The position numbers and the translations under genes are program-made. Below, one piece after another: positions 30,782 to 41,316 of a stretch of DNA of 64,000 bases. A model generated the notes under the pieces. That model saw nothing but the letters and a program-made list of their open reading frames with translations, ran no database searches and was not told the origin of the DNA. This stretch comes from Bacteroidia bacterium (GTDB lineage: Bacteria; Bacteroidota; Bacteroidia; Palsa-965): contig JBBRYH010000012.1 in NCBI GenBank assembly GCA_038237845.1, positions 3,807-67,806 of the forward strand, written 5' to 3'. Positions within the stretch are counted from its first letter, which is position 1; every line of letters begins with the position of its first letter.

Positions 30782-33700
30782 ATGAAGAAGCTAACAGTAG
30801 TCCCCCTGCTGTTGTTTCTCGGAACTATTTTTAGTTTTTCTACAGTTTTCGGGCAGACTGTTGCTAATTATGCAGTGACGAGATCCACCGGGTTAACCTA
30901 TTCCTCTACGCTACCTGTAGGATTACCACCTACAAGTTGGAGGAATTCGGGTGCTTTTATTGACGATGATAATCGTTCATTCCCTGTTGATATTGGTTTT
31001 GATTTTTGGTATAACGGAGTTCGATATATTGAAGTAAGTGTTTCAACAAATGGGTATGTTGATTTTTCTTCTTCAATAGCTGATGGAGGTCCAACAGGTG
31101 GGCCTTATGGTTATGTTAATTCTCAGTTCTCTGCTGCAAATGGAACAGCAAATGCACTAGCCCCTTTTTATGATGATATGACTACACTTGGTGGTACAGA
31201 TCCATTAGGAACATGGATTCGTACAGCAAGTTCAGGCGTTGCACCTTACCGCGTCATGACAATTGAATGGGGAAGCATGGCAGTATATCTGAATACGACA
31301 CCCAGTTTAAATTTTCAAGTGAAGTTGTATGAAACAACGGGTGTGATAGAATACCACTACGGAACGATGACACAAGGGACTGCAAATTTCACCTATACCT
31401 GTGGAATAAATGCAGCAGTTTTGAATAACCCTCCAAATGCAACTCAATTAAAATGTCAACAGGCGGCAAACACAACTACTTTTTCTAATGGAATTCAAAA
31501 TAACCTTACAATATTACCTGCTGCAAATTCAAAACTTGCTTTTACTCCACCGGTACCATTAAATCCTAGTGGAGCATTGACCATTACTAATGTGCAAACA
31601 GCTCAAATGACATTGAACTGGCCAAATTGGGCAACAAATGAAGTTGGATATGTTATTTACAATTCAATTGATAATATTAATTGGGATTTTATTACGCAGA
31701 CAGCAGCAAATGCCACTTCTTATGTGAGTACAGGGTTGTTTTCTGGAACAACTTATTTATGGCGTGTATTTGCAGTTACCGAGGGTGCTTTAAGTACTAC
31801 TTTAAATGGATCACAAACTACGTTATCGGGACTTACATTTACTTCAGTTGCTACTGGTAATTGGGGAACTGCCGGTACTTGGGATGTTAATGCCGTACCT
31901 GGTGCTAATGACAATGTTATTATTGCTAATGGGCATACGGTTACGATTAATGTGAATGCAACTACATGCCACAATTTGCAGATCGGTCAAGGAGGAACTC
32001 CGTCTGTATTGAGAATGGGAAATAATAATAACGCAAGGACAATGACTGTCTTAGGAAATATTACAATATTTTCAAACGGAACATTACAAGCGAATCCTGC
32101 ATCTAATATTTCACATCAATTGGATCTTTATGGGAACATTATTAATAATGGAATTGTAGATCTGCAACCTGACTTAAATAGTTTTTGGAATGTAACTTTT
32201 TTACATCCGTATGCCAATCAGGTTGTAGGTGGTACAGGGATAACAAATCGTTACAATAATATAAACGTAAATAAAGGTACGGAAGCGAAAAGAATTGTTG
32301 AAGTTACAACTTCGACATTTACTCCAGCTATTGGTTTTTTAACCATGACAAATGGCACATTTAAATTAAGTACTTCAGGTGCTGTAAATATTACTCCATT
32401 CATAACAAATGCAACTATTCCTCTTCATGCACGCTTATGGATCAATAGTGCTAGTGCAACGCTTAATTCAACTGGAGGAAGTATTAGTGTGGCAGGATTT
32501 TTCACAATGAGCAACGGGAATTTTAATATTGGAAATGCAATAGATAATAATTTGATTTCAAATGGAGGACTTGTTACGATTAGCAATGGGACTGTTACCG
32601 TAGCAGGAAGATTTGATCGACTGAATATTGCAACACTAAGTCGTTTAACTATGACAGGTGGAACATTAATATTAAATACGATAGGATCAACTTCAAATAC
32701 GAGCGCACCATTTATGATGGATGTAGTAGGTTCTCAATTTTTTCAGAGCGGAGGATTGATCATCATCAGAAGATATGGCGGAACAGGAGCAACACGTTTG
32801 GGATTTTTATGTTCTGGTGGTTCCATCAACCAAGTTACAGGAGGCGTTTTGCAAATAGGAGATGCGTTAACACCAGTTGGACAAACCATGCAGGTTAACA
32901 CAGTTTCTCCAGTTGGTGGTTTTAGGGTTGCAAGTGCTAATGCAATCGCTTTATTAATTAGTCGCCCTTTAGTTGTGATAAATGATGTTGAGATCCAATC
33001 TGGAATCTTTAATGCCAACAATCAGAATGTTTCGGTTGGAAGAAATTGGACTAATACGGGTGGAACTTATACTTCAGGAACAAACACCACATTTTTTTAT
33101 GGTTTGGTACCTCAATTAATTTCAAAAACAACTGGAGCGGAAAATTTCAATAATATTAATTTTTTAAACCTTGGCATAAAAACTTTAGGTTCTAATATAA
33201 ATTGTAGGAATGTAAATATTTTATCCGGAGCAACATTTGATGTTGGAACTCCTGGTTTTTTACTTTCTACAATAGGCAATTGGAATAATGCCGGAACATT
33301 TGTTACTGGAACAAGTGGTACCGTTTTATGTAATGGAACGGTTGCGCAGGTAATAGGCGGAGTTTCGCAAACAATTTTCAGAAATCTAACTATTCAGAAT
33401 TCTGCCGGAGTGAGTATTGCACGCAATGAATATATAAGAGGAACACTGTCACTTAATCTAGGAATTTTTACAACTACTGGATATGATTTCGTACTCCTTT
33501 CAACACCGACTTCGACTGGACGAATTGGTCAAATTACAGGTGGAGATATTACAGGAAATATTATTCAGCAACGTTGGATTTATACTGGACCAACTCAATG
33601 GAGACAACTTGCCGCTCCTGTTTCTGGATCAACGCTTCAGGACTGGAATGCAGATTTAATTACTTCAGGATTTCCTGGGTCTGATTTTCCAAGCTTTAGT

Positions 33701-35608
33701 TTTTATTCAATTGCGACATACAACGAAACAGTTGCTGGCGTAAAAGAGAATGGCTATTCACCTCCAACAAACATTACAAATCCAATTGTACCACAAAAAG
33801 GATATTTTGTTTATGTGGGCCCGCTTCCTGTTGCATTAGATGTGAAAGGAATTCCATTAAAATTTAATCAAACTTTTAGTTTAACTCGAACTGTTTCCGC
33901 AGGACCAACACAAGATGGTTGGAATATGGTTTCGAATCCTTATCCCTCAACTATCGATTGGGATTCTCCTTCATGGTCTAGAACAGGTACAGATAATGTT
34001 TTGCAAATTTGGAATCCTGCAAACGCTCAATATGCAACTTATGTAGGGGGAATTGGTGTGAATGGTGGATCAAGATATATTTCTTCATCACAAGCATTTT
34101 GGGTACATGCAGTTGCAGCGAATCCAACTATGAGTATTACAGAAGCCGTGAAGTCACCAGTTAATGCTGCATTTTTACATAGTACAATTCCTAATGTAAA
34201 TAATTTGCTTTCAATAACATTAATAGGATCAATGGGCGGAGATCAATCTATTATACGTTTTGATCCTATTGCAACAGATAGTTTTGATATTAATTATGAT
34301 GCTTACAAATTGGCAAGTATGGATTCTACAATGCCCTATTTGTCCAGCGAAATAAACCCTTTTACTGACCTTGCCATAAATACATATTCATCATTAACAA
34401 CAAATCGTATCGTTCCATTACATGTAACAGTTGGTGTTAGTGGAAATTATTATTTCCGTAACGATTCCATTTCTGATATGCCGCATAGTGCTTGTATTAT
34501 TCTAGAAGATTTATTAACGGGCGCACTAACTCCTATAACGCAAAATGCAATTTATTCTTGTTACATATCGGATACTACAAATGCAGTTAGATTTCTTTTT
34601 CATTTTGGACCTTCACTGACCACAGGAGATATTTCATCTTCATGTGCTACCAATGCAGATGGAAAAGCTTTTGCAAAAGGAACCGGTAATGGGCCTTGGG
34701 ATTATGTTTGGAAAAATACCGCTGGAAATACAATTGCTACAAACAATAATGTAACTGGAACAGATACCCTTTTCGGATTATTGCCTGCTGATTATATTGT
34801 TGAGGTAAGTGGTAATGATGGGAATTGCAGTTTCAGATCAGATACCATTACTGTTCATGGCCCTGACCCAATTCAAACAGGTGCTTCAATGATACCGGCA
34901 ACTTGTTCGTATACGCAGGATGGTAAATTAATAGTTAATGTCGTTACTGGAGGACTTTCACCGTATGTACTTACCTGGCCTGATAATTCCCATTTAGATA
35001 GTTTAATAAATATTGCACCTGGTAATTATGATTTATTTATTGTGGATGCAAACGGCTGTTTAGATACAGCACATTTTATGGTTACGACATCTTCAACGCT
35101 AACTTCAGCATTCACAGCAACGCCAGATACTGTTGTATTGCAATCGCTAGTAAGTTTTTCAAATTATTCTTTTGGTGCTAATTCCTACGAATGGAATTTT
35201 GGTGATGGGTCTCCAATAAATATCAATCCAAACCCGATTTATTCCTATTCAACTGCAGGAAGTATGAATATTACTTTAATTTCTTCAGATGGAATTTGTT
35301 CAGATACAAGCAATCAAACTGTATTTGTAATTGATAACACGGGCGTTTTTGAAAATGGAAATGCAAATTCAATAAATATTTTCAGCGAATCGGATAATAT
35401 TAATATTCAATTTAATCTTGCAGGTGAGGAACATGCTTTGATTAGTATTTATGATGAAAGCGGGAAATTAGTTCGAAGAAAAGATGAATATGTATTTCAA
35501 AACAGGATTCAGATTTCTCTTGAAGGAGAAGCTTCTCAACTCTATTCAGTATTCGTATCCTTGCCGAATAAAGTATATGCTTCTAAAGTGATTGTAATTA
35601 GAAAGTAA
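30782..35608 (+). CDS. Large T9SS cargo adhesin-like protein (1608 aa) with an N-terminal lectin-like domain, FN3, a beta-helix-like region, SprB-like repeats, PKD and a T9SS CTD
   Basis: Signal peptide present. FN3-like LNWPNW...YLWRVFAV. SprB-type repeats (GNGPWDYVWKN...GTDTLFGLLPADYIVEV; GGLSPYVLTWPDNSHLDSL). C-terminal sorting domain (ISIYDESGKLV...KVIVIRK). Confidence 0.8.
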   Translation: MKKLTVVPLLLFLGTIFSFSTVFGQTVANYAVTRSTGLTYSSTLPVGLPPTSWRNSGAFIDDDNRSFPVDIGFDFWYNGVRYIEVSVSTNGYVDFSSSIADGGPTGGPYGYVNSQFSAANGTANALAPFYDDMTTLGGTDPLGTWIRTASSGVAPYRVMTIEWGSMAVYLNTTPSLNFQVKLYETTGVIEYHYGTMTQGTANFTYTCGINAAVLNNPPNATQLKCQQAANTTTFSNGIQNNLTILPAANSKLAFTPPVPLNPSGALTITNVQTAQMTLNWPNWATNEVGYVIYNSIDNINWDFITQTAANATSYVSTGLFSGTTYLWRVFAVTEGALSTTLNGSQTTLSGLTFTSVATGNWGTAGTWDVNAVPGANDNVIIANGHTVTINVNATTCHNLQIGQGGTPSVLRMGNNNNARTMTVLGNITIFSNGTLQANPASNISHQLDLYGNIINNGIVDLQPDLNSFWNVTFLHPYANQVVGGTGITNRYNNINVNKGTEAKRIVEVTTSTFTPAIGFLTMTNGTFKLSTSGAVNITPFITNATIPLHARLWINSASATLNSTGGSISVAGFFTMSNGNFNIGNAIDNNLISNGGLVTISNGTVTVAGRFDRLNIATLSRLTMTGGTLILNTIGSTSNTSAPFMMDVVGSQFFQSGGLIIIRRYGGTGATRLGFLCSGGSINQVTGGVLQIGDALTPVGQTMQVNTVSPVGGFRVASANAIALLISRPLVVINDVEIQSGIFNANNQNVSVGRNWTNTGGTYTSGTNTTFFYGLVPQLISKTTGAENFNNINFLNLGIKTLGSNINCRNVNILSGATFDVGTPGFLLSTIGNWNNAGTFVTGTSGTVLCNGTVAQVIGGVSQTIFRNLTIQNSAGVSIARNEYIRGTLSLNLGIFTTTGYDFVLLSTPTSTGRIGQITGGDITGNIIQQRWIYTGPTQWRQLAAPVSGSTLQDWNADLITSGFPGSDFPSFSFYSIATYNETVAGVKENGYSPPTNITNPIVPQKGYFVYVGPLPVALDVKGIPLKFNQTFSLTRTVSAGPTQDGWNMVSNPYPSTIDWDSPSWSRTGTDNVLQIWNPANAQYATYVGGIGVNGGSRYISSSQAFWVHAVAANPTMSITEAVKSPVNAAFLHSTIPNVNNLLSITLIGSMGGDQSIIRFDPIATDSFDINYDAYKLASMDSTMPYLSSEINPFTDLAINTYSSLTTNRIVPLHVTVGVSGNYYFRNDSISDMPHSACIILEDLLTGALTPITQNAIYSCYISDTTNAVRFLFHFGPSLTTGDISSSCATNADGKAFAKGTGNGPWDYVWKNTAGNTIATNNNVTGTDTLFGLLPADYIVEVSGNDGNCSFRSDTITVHGPDPIQTGASMIPATCSYTQDGKLIVNVVTGGLSPYVLTWPDNSHLDSLINIAPGNYDLFIVDANGCLDTAHFMVTTSSTLTSAFTATPDTVVLQSLVSFSNYSFGANSYEWNFGDGSPININPNPIYSYSTAGSMNITLISSDGICSDTSNQTVFVIDNTGVFENGNANSINIFSESDNINIQFNLAGEEHALISIYDESGKLVRRKDEYVFQNRIQISLEGEASQLYSVFVSLPNKVYASKVIVIRK

Positions 35609-35609
35609 A

Positions 35610-35831
35610 CTATTTTTTCTCCAGTATGGATAAAGCTCCAGATGGACATTCACAAACCTGTTTAATAATTGCCTCCGTACTTCCAGCTTCTGGCATTATC
35701 CAAGGTCGTTTTCTTGGATCAAAAACTTCGGGCATTCCACGAAAACAAATGGCAGAGTGCTGACATAATTCTTTTTTCCACAGAATGGATACTTCACCAT
35801 TCGTATAGGTTTTATGATGTTCTTCGCTCAT
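35610..35831 (-). CDS. YjdI/DUF1271-like divergent 4Fe-4S mono-cluster protein (73 aa)
   Basis: The Cys pattern and motifs (C..H...C...KRPWIMPE...CECPSGAL) match E. coli YjdI (AICQHSGNCVRG...KRKPWIMPDE...CPSGAL). It lies 18 bp downstream of the M1 peptidase gene and is co-directional with it. Confidence 0.65.
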   Translation of the reverse strand: MSEEHHKTYTNGEVSILWKKELCQHSAICFRGMPEVFDPRKRPWIMPEAGSTEAIIKQVCECPSGALSILEKK

Positions 35832-35849
35832 TGGATTTAAAGATATTGA

Positions 35850-38258
35850 TTAATGAATGATCACCACTTGTTTTCTTCCCAATAATTTTCCAGATCGAAT
35901 AACTTCAACGTAATACATGCCATCCATCCATTTTCCGGTTTCAAGTTTTGCTTGTGCTCCTGTCATATTTTGAGAAAGCACCACTTTACCTTCTGAATCA
36001 TAAATATTAATTAATACAGATTCATTATTATTTTCTGGCCATTCAATAGTTAAATTATTTCCAGCAGGATTTGGATAGGCAAGGATTTCGGTAGGAGGGA
36101 GGGGTAATTCATTTGTTCCGATTAATACCTGAGAAACTCCATTTGCAAAAGCGTATTCACCTAATAAAAGAGTATCCACTTCAACATATCCATATTTCGA
36201 AGTGAGATGACTTCCGAAAATAAATTTTGCATAAGAAGAATACTCATGCCAATCATCGGCAGCATTCCTTCGATACAATAAAATAATACTGTCGCCATTT
36301 GTTGGAGTTAAATCATTGTCCAACCATTGCCCTGGTCCAGCTGATGAGCTTGTTCTTCCGTCGTAATAAAACTTTGCTTTGGAAATAAATGTAGAGGGAA
36401 GAATTCCATCAACGGTCCAATAACGAAGTACTGAAAGTCTGTAATTATTTACATTATTCTGAATTGGATCTGGTGCTGCATAATTATGTTCAATTCTAAC
36501 AAATGCCGAGTCCACAATTGAATTGACAGTAAGTAAAACACGTGCAGAAGCAAAATTATAAACTCCGATACTATTTATAACCTGATCTTCCGCTGTTAAT
36601 GCATCACTGATTTTGTCATCAATATCCATCGCAATCATGACAGGATTAAACGGAAGTGTAACCATGAAGACTCCGTTAGATCCCGAAACAAATTTTCTTT
36701 GCGTAATTTTATTCCAGTTGGCATCATAGAAGGTAAAATCCATTGGCACATTGGTGAAATAAGATGGTGCACCTCTTAATTTTTGCTTCACATAAAATGT
36801 CACATCGTAATTTCCAGCATTCGGAACGCTTACCGAAGAGTCAATTGAAATGTGTGGCCATCCTGCATTGAAAACCCAGTCATTAAAAAAATCATTGAGG
36901 TAAGTTAATCCTGTTCCCGCAATTAAATCATCTCGGAATTGTGAACTTGTAACATCCGTATACTGCCTGTTTTGAAAATGATAATGAAGTCCTACCCAAA
37001 AAAGCGAATCGCCCATATAACCACGTAACGTATGTGCTACATCTGCGCCTCGTGGATAAACATTGTCGCCATAGGTATATTGATGCGGAATGGAATCCAA
37101 AGAAAGATATCCGCCTTCACGCAAATGAACTAAATGAACCATTTCATCATGATTTGCACGAATGCCAGTTACGTAAGCTGCATGACCATATTGCCATTCT
37201 GTAAAAACATATTGAGAATAAGTTGCCCAACCTTCATTTAACCACATCTCTCCTTCATTATTACAAGTTGCCAGATCTCCAAACCAATGATGCGAAAGTT
37301 CATGCGCCATAATTTGTGCTTCATAAGTAAGTGATCCATTCGCAGCAAATTGTGGGTAAGAAATATTTGTAGCATGTTCCATTGCTCCACTGTTAAACGG
37401 TACTAGACAATAGCCTACTCGTGGCCACATATATTGACCATATCGAGTTTCAAAACATGTAAGAGCATTATTCAAATGCACAAATGAATTTTTCATGTTG
37501 GTTGTATCGGAAGGCAACGCCGTAAGAATAATTGGGTAACTGCCATAAATTCCTGTATGTGTCCAGTTGACTTGGGTGTAAGGTGCCGTTGAAATAGAAG
37601 CAAGGTATGACGGGATTTGCTCCGTAAGATTCCATGTTCTCCAACGAATACCATTAACATCCGTTGTATCGGCGCCTAAAAGTCCATTGCAATAGGAAGT
37701 ATGCGAATTGTTCGTCCCGATAATAAAGGTATAGGAAGCTCGTTCAACAAAATTGTCAAAACAAGGATGGAACACTCTTCCGAAACAATGTGGATCAGCG
37801 TTAAAACTTACGCCCAGATTGTAAGCGTAATTTCCTTGAAAATAAAATCCGCCCCATACACTCGGCCCCGGATCTAATTGTGGTTTCCCGTGATACCAAA
37901 TTGCAATGTCTGCTGTGTCACCGATATTCATGGTAGCAGGCAAATTAATTTTTAATAAGGAGTCTGTGTAGCTGTAAGTAAGAAAGCTATTATTTTCCAC
38001 AATCGAATCGATTTGCATATGAAGCAAGTCGAGTGGAAGAACAGAAACATTATTTATTCTCGGAGTAAACTTCAAAGTAGTTCCACCACGAATGGTATCA
38101 GTAGAAAAATCAGTGATGTTGAGCTTTACGGTGTAATGTAGTATGTCAATCGTATCGCTGATTGAATTTTGGGCTTGCGTATGAGACGGATTGTTTTGTT
38201 GTGCCGATAAATGGCCAACTATTAGAAATGCAGCAAAAAGCGAGTAGATTTTTTTCAT
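35850..38258 (-). CDS. M1-family (aminopeptidase N-like) zinc metallopeptidase with a T9SS C-terminal sorting domain
   Basis: Signal peptide present. GAMEH exopeptidase motif. HELSHHWFGD...NEGWATY matches the HEXXH-(X18)-E gluzincin signature. C-terminal CTD (INIYDSEGKVV...KQVVIIH). Confidence 0.85.
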   Translation of the reverse strand: MKKIYSLFAAFLIVGHLSAQQNNPSHTQAQNSISDTIDILHYTVKLNITDFSTDTIRGGTTLKFTPRINNVSVLPLDLLHMQIDSIVENNSFLTYSYTDSLLKINLPATMNIGDTADIAIWYHGKPQLDPGPSVWGGFYFQGNYAYNLGVSFNADPHCFGRVFHPCFDNFVERASYTFIIGTNNSHTSYCNGLLGADTTDVNGIRWRTWNLTEQIPSYLASISTAPYTQVNWTHTGIYGSYPIILTALPSDTTNMKNSFVHLNNALTCFETRYGQYMWPRVGYCLVPFNSGAMEHATNISYPQFAANGSLTYEAQIMAHELSHHWFGDLATCNNEGEMWLNEGWATYSQYVFTEWQYGHAAYVTGIRANHDEMVHLVHLREGGYLSLDSIPHQYTYGDNVYPRGADVAHTLRGYMGDSLFWVGLHYHFQNRQYTDVTSSQFRDDLIAGTGLTYLNDFFNDWVFNAGWPHISIDSSVSVPNAGNYDVTFYVKQKLRGAPSYFTNVPMDFTFYDANWNKITQRKFVSGSNGVFMVTLPFNPVMIAMDIDDKISDALTAEDQVINSIGVYNFASARVLLTVNSIVDSAFVRIEHNYAAPDPIQNNVNNYRLSVLRYWTVDGILPSTFISKAKFYYDGRTSSSAGPGQWLDNDLTPTNGDSIILLYRRNAADDWHEYSSYAKFIFGSHLTSKYGYVEVDTLLLGEYAFANGVSQVLIGTNELPLPPTEILAYPNPAGNNLTIEWPENNNESVLINIYDSEGKVVLSQNMTGAQAKLETGKWMDGMYYVEVIRSGKLLGRKQVVIIH

Positions 38259-38340
38259 CCTGAGAAAGCTTATTTATTAAAGGTACAAAAAAGCAGTCGT
38301 TCTTTTGAATGAAAAAACTGAACAATTAATACAATAATTG

Positions 38341-39987
38341 CTATTTCACCTTGACCTTTTTCTTACTTCCGGTGTTATACATTTCATCACGCTGAGTTTT
38401 TACTTCAGCATCATTAATGTATTCATCGTAAGTCATCATTTTGTCTAACGTTCCATTCGGTGTAATTTCTACAATACGATTGGCAACTGTTTGCATTAAC
38501 TCATGATCATGAGAAGTAAATAAAACAATTCCTTTAAATTCTTTCATAGAATTGTTCATCGTTGTAATCGATTCAAGATCCAAGTGATTTGTCGGTTCGT
38601 CGAGAATAATTGCATTAGCACCATTCAACATCATCCGTGAAACCATACAACGAACTTTTTCTCCACCCGATAGAACCTTTACCGTTTTTAAAGTTTCTTC
38701 ACCTGAAAAAAGCATTTTACCAAGGAAACCTCGAATAAATGTTTCGTCTTTATCCTTTGAATATTGACGCAACCAGTCTACTAAACTATCATTGTTATCC
38801 GTAAAGTATTTGTGATTGTCATTCGGCAAATAAGCAGATTGAATAGTCTGGCCCCATTCTATTTTTCCTGTGTCTGGCGTATCTTCCCCTGCTAGTACAT
38901 CAAAAAACTTAGATAAGGCCACATGATCTTTCGCAAGAAAACCGATTTTGTCGCCTCGCTTCAAACGTAAACTGATATTTGAAAAAAGTTCTACCCCATC
39001 AACTGATTTGGAAATATTTTCCACGTTCAATATCTGATCGCCAGGCTCACGCTCCATTTTGAAAATGATCGCTGGATATTTCCTGTTGCTCGCAGGCATA
39101 TCTTCGATATTCAGTTTTTCCAATAATTTTTTACGACTCGTCGCTTGTCTCGATTTAGACGCATTGGCTGAGAAACGTGCAATGAAATCAATTAATTCTT
39201 TTCGCTTGTCTTCAGATTTTTTATTCTGATCACCTTTTTGTTTCAAAGCTAATTGAGAAGCCTGATACCAGAAATTATAATTACCAGTATAAAGTGAAAT
39301 CTTTTTGAAATCGATATCGCAGATGTGCGTACAGACTGTATCAAGGAAATGTCGATCGTGTGAAACAACAAGAACAATATTTTTATAATCTGCTAAAAAA
39401 TCTTCCAGCCATGTAATTGTCTCAACGTCTAAGTCGTTTGTAGGTTCATCCAACAAAAGAATATCAGGATTTCCGAATAAGGCTTGCGCTAAAAGTACAC
39501 GCACCTTTTCTTTTCCATTCAATTCACTCATCAATTTATCATGCAAATTTTCATAGATGCCCAACTTACTTAATAAATCAGCCGCTTCACTTTCTGCATT
39601 CCAACCATTCATTTCCGCAAATTCTGCTTCCAATTCGGACGCTTTAATTCCATCGGCATCTGTAAAAGGATCTTTTGCATAAATAGCTTCTTTTTCCTGC
39701 ATCACTTTTAGAAGCTTTTTATTTCCCATGATAACGGTTTGTAAAACGGGATAAGCATCAAATGCAAAGTGATTCTGGCTTAATACGGACATCCGTTGTC
39801 CAGGCGTAATATGAACTGATCCTTTTGTCGGTTCAATTTCGCCTGAAAGAATTTTCATAAATGTTGATTTGCCGGCACCATTTGCACCGATTACCCCATA
39901 ACAATTGCCAGGTGTAAATTTCAGATCAACTTCGTCGAACAAAACACGTTTGCCGAACTGAAGATTAAGGTTGGATACTGTAATCAT
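38341..39987 (-). CDS. ABC-F family ATPase (tandem ABC ATPase domains, no transmembrane domain)
   Basis: Two Walker A motifs (GANGAGKST; second NBD) and two LSGGE signatures (LSGGEKVR). Length 548 aa. Confidence 0.9.
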   Translation of the reverse strand: MITVSNLNLQFGKRVLFDEVDLKFTPGNCYGVIGANGAGKSTFMKILSGEIEPTKGSVHITPGQRMSVLSQNHFAFDAYPVLQTVIMGNKKLLKVMQEKEAIYAKDPFTDADGIKASELEAEFAEMNGWNAESEAADLLSKLGIYENLHDKLMSELNGKEKVRVLLAQALFGNPDILLLDEPTNDLDVETITWLEDFLADYKNIVLVVSHDRHFLDTVCTHICDIDFKKISLYTGNYNFWYQASQLALKQKGDQNKKSEDKRKELIDFIARFSANASKSRQATSRKKLLEKLNIEDMPASNRKYPAIIFKMEREPGDQILNVENISKSVDGVELFSNISLRLKRGDKIGFLAKDHVALSKFFDVLAGEDTPDTGKIEWGQTIQSAYLPNDNHKYFTDNNDSLVDWLRQYSKDKDETFIRGFLGKMLFSGEETLKTVKVLSGGEKVRCMVSRMMLNGANAIILDEPTNHLDLESITTMNNSMKEFKGIVLFTSHDHELMQTVANRIVEITPNGTLDKMMTYDEYINDAEVKTQRDEMYNTGSKKKVKVK

Positions 39988-40032
39988 TTTCTATTTGAAA
40001 TAAGGGTGCAAAGGTACGTCGAAAAGTGTGAC

Positions 40033-40058
40033 TTGTCACTCGAGAAGTATTACTTTTG
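40033..40058 (+). promoter_or_regulatory. Candidate Bacteroidetes sigma-A promoter with a -33 TTG and a -7 TAnnTTTG element (TACTTTTG at 40051-40058). It would give a leaderless transcript at ATG 40063.
   Basis: Motif match to the Bacteroidetes -7 consensus. A GTGAC-TT-GTCAC palindrome (40027-40038) overlaps the -33 region. Confidence 0.3.
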
Positions 40059-40062
40059 CAAT

Positions 40063-40920
40063 ATGAAAATCAAAATTCCCCAATACATAGGCCATTTTTC
40101 TATTAAATATTTAGGAATAGGAATTCTTTTTTTGATTACAACTCCAATGATGGGGCAAAAAAAGACTGTAAATAAGGACTCCATTGCAGCCCGTGATTCT
40201 ATCCGTGAATATATGTTTCATGCAGCCTTGCTGTCTATGGATGCATTACAAGCTAAATACGAATCTCAAAAAACAACTGATGCAGGAATTAGGCAGCAAA
40301 AGTCAGGGGAGGCCCAGAATTTATTTTTTCAATCCAGAGCTTATTATCGTAAAGCCATAAAAACGGATGGAAATTATTTTCAAGCTTGGGCAAATATGGG
40401 AACTACCTATTATTTGCAAGATTTACCAAAGGAAGCAGTTCATTGTTATCGGAAAACACTTGCAATTAATCCAGATTATTCTCCGGCCTGGTTTTATTTA
40501 GGTAAAACTTATGTCATGCTATCGAAAGGAGATTCAGCAGAATTTGCATTCAGAAAATCTATTCAAACCGATTCAACAAATATGCAATCTTATCAGGAGT
40601 TGAGTCGTTTGGTAATGACCAGAGAAAAAGACACTTCTATTGCTTTGGATTTGTTGCGACTCTCTGCATTTTATTCTCCATTATCAGAAGTTCCTTGGGT
40701 GAGCATGTCTCGAGTCTATTTTGATAGTAAGGATTCCGCAAATGGAGTTACTGCTCTTGAAAAGGCTGCTGCGATTTACAGTGGAGATATTTACCGATTA
40801 CAATTTCTTTCAGGATATTTTCAGCGACATGCAGATTCTAAAAAATCATTGTACTATTTGAATCTAATTGCAGTTCAAAAAAAGAAGCAGGAAATACCAA
40901 CGGATAAAGATCCTGACTAA
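40063..40920 (+). CDS. TPR-repeat protein, probably secreted
   Basis: The track ORF starts at GTG 40006. An ATG at 40063 precedes a hydrophobic segment (IGILFLITTPMMG). TPR-like repeats (AWANMGTTYY..., AWFYLGKTY...). Confidence 0.6.
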   Translation: MKIKIPQYIGHFSIKYLGIGILFLITTPMMGQKKTVNKDSIAARDSIREYMFHAALLSMDALQAKYESQKTTDAGIRQQKSGEAQNLFFQSRAYYRKAIKTDGNYFQAWANMGTTYYLQDLPKEAVHCYRKTLAINPDYSPAWFYLGKTYVMLSKGDSAEFAFRKSIQTDSTNMQSYQELSRLVMTREKDTSIALDLLRLSAFYSPLSEVPWVSMSRVYFDSKDSANGVTALEKAAAIYSGDIYRLQFLSGYFQRHADSKKSLYYLNLIAVQKKKQEIPTDKDPD

Positions 40921-40925
40921 AATCG

Positions 40926-40958
40926 AAAAAAGGTCAGTCATAAGACTAACCTTTTTTC
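40926..40958. terminator. Bidirectional hairpin terminator
   Basis: A6 run, then stem aaggtcagtc/gactaacctt with one mismatch, then T6. Confidence 0.5.
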
Positions 40959-40974
40959 AACCAATTAAAAACGA

Positions 40975-41205
40975 TTAAGCAGCCTCCAGGTCGCCATCGC
41001 GAAAACGTTTCCATTCGAAATAATGCAGTGCCTCTGCTTTATTAATAAAAATGGAATTTAGTTTTTCATTCAATTCTGGTGATGTATGTTGTTGACGGAA
41101 CAACTCTAAAAGTCGTTCCGAAGTTTCGAGTTGTAGTAAGGATTCACTAGATAAAATACTGCTACTTATTCTTTCGAAAATTCCATTCACTTGTGTGGGT
41201 TTCAT
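40975..41205 (-). CDS. Small hypothetical protein (76 aa)
   Basis: Track ORF only. Convergent with the TPR gene. Confidence 0.35.
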   Translation of the reverse strand: MKPTQVNGIFERISSSILSSESLLQLETSERLLELFRQQHTSPELNEKLNSIFINKAEALHYFEWKRFRDGDLEAA

Positions 41206-41316
41206 GATTGTAATTATTGTTGTTATATAAGTTGATGCGAAATGTGTGCCAATCTGATAAGTGCTTGGTAATCAATTGATAACTTTTGAATTGGAAGGCT
41301 ATTATCTTTGTAATGA

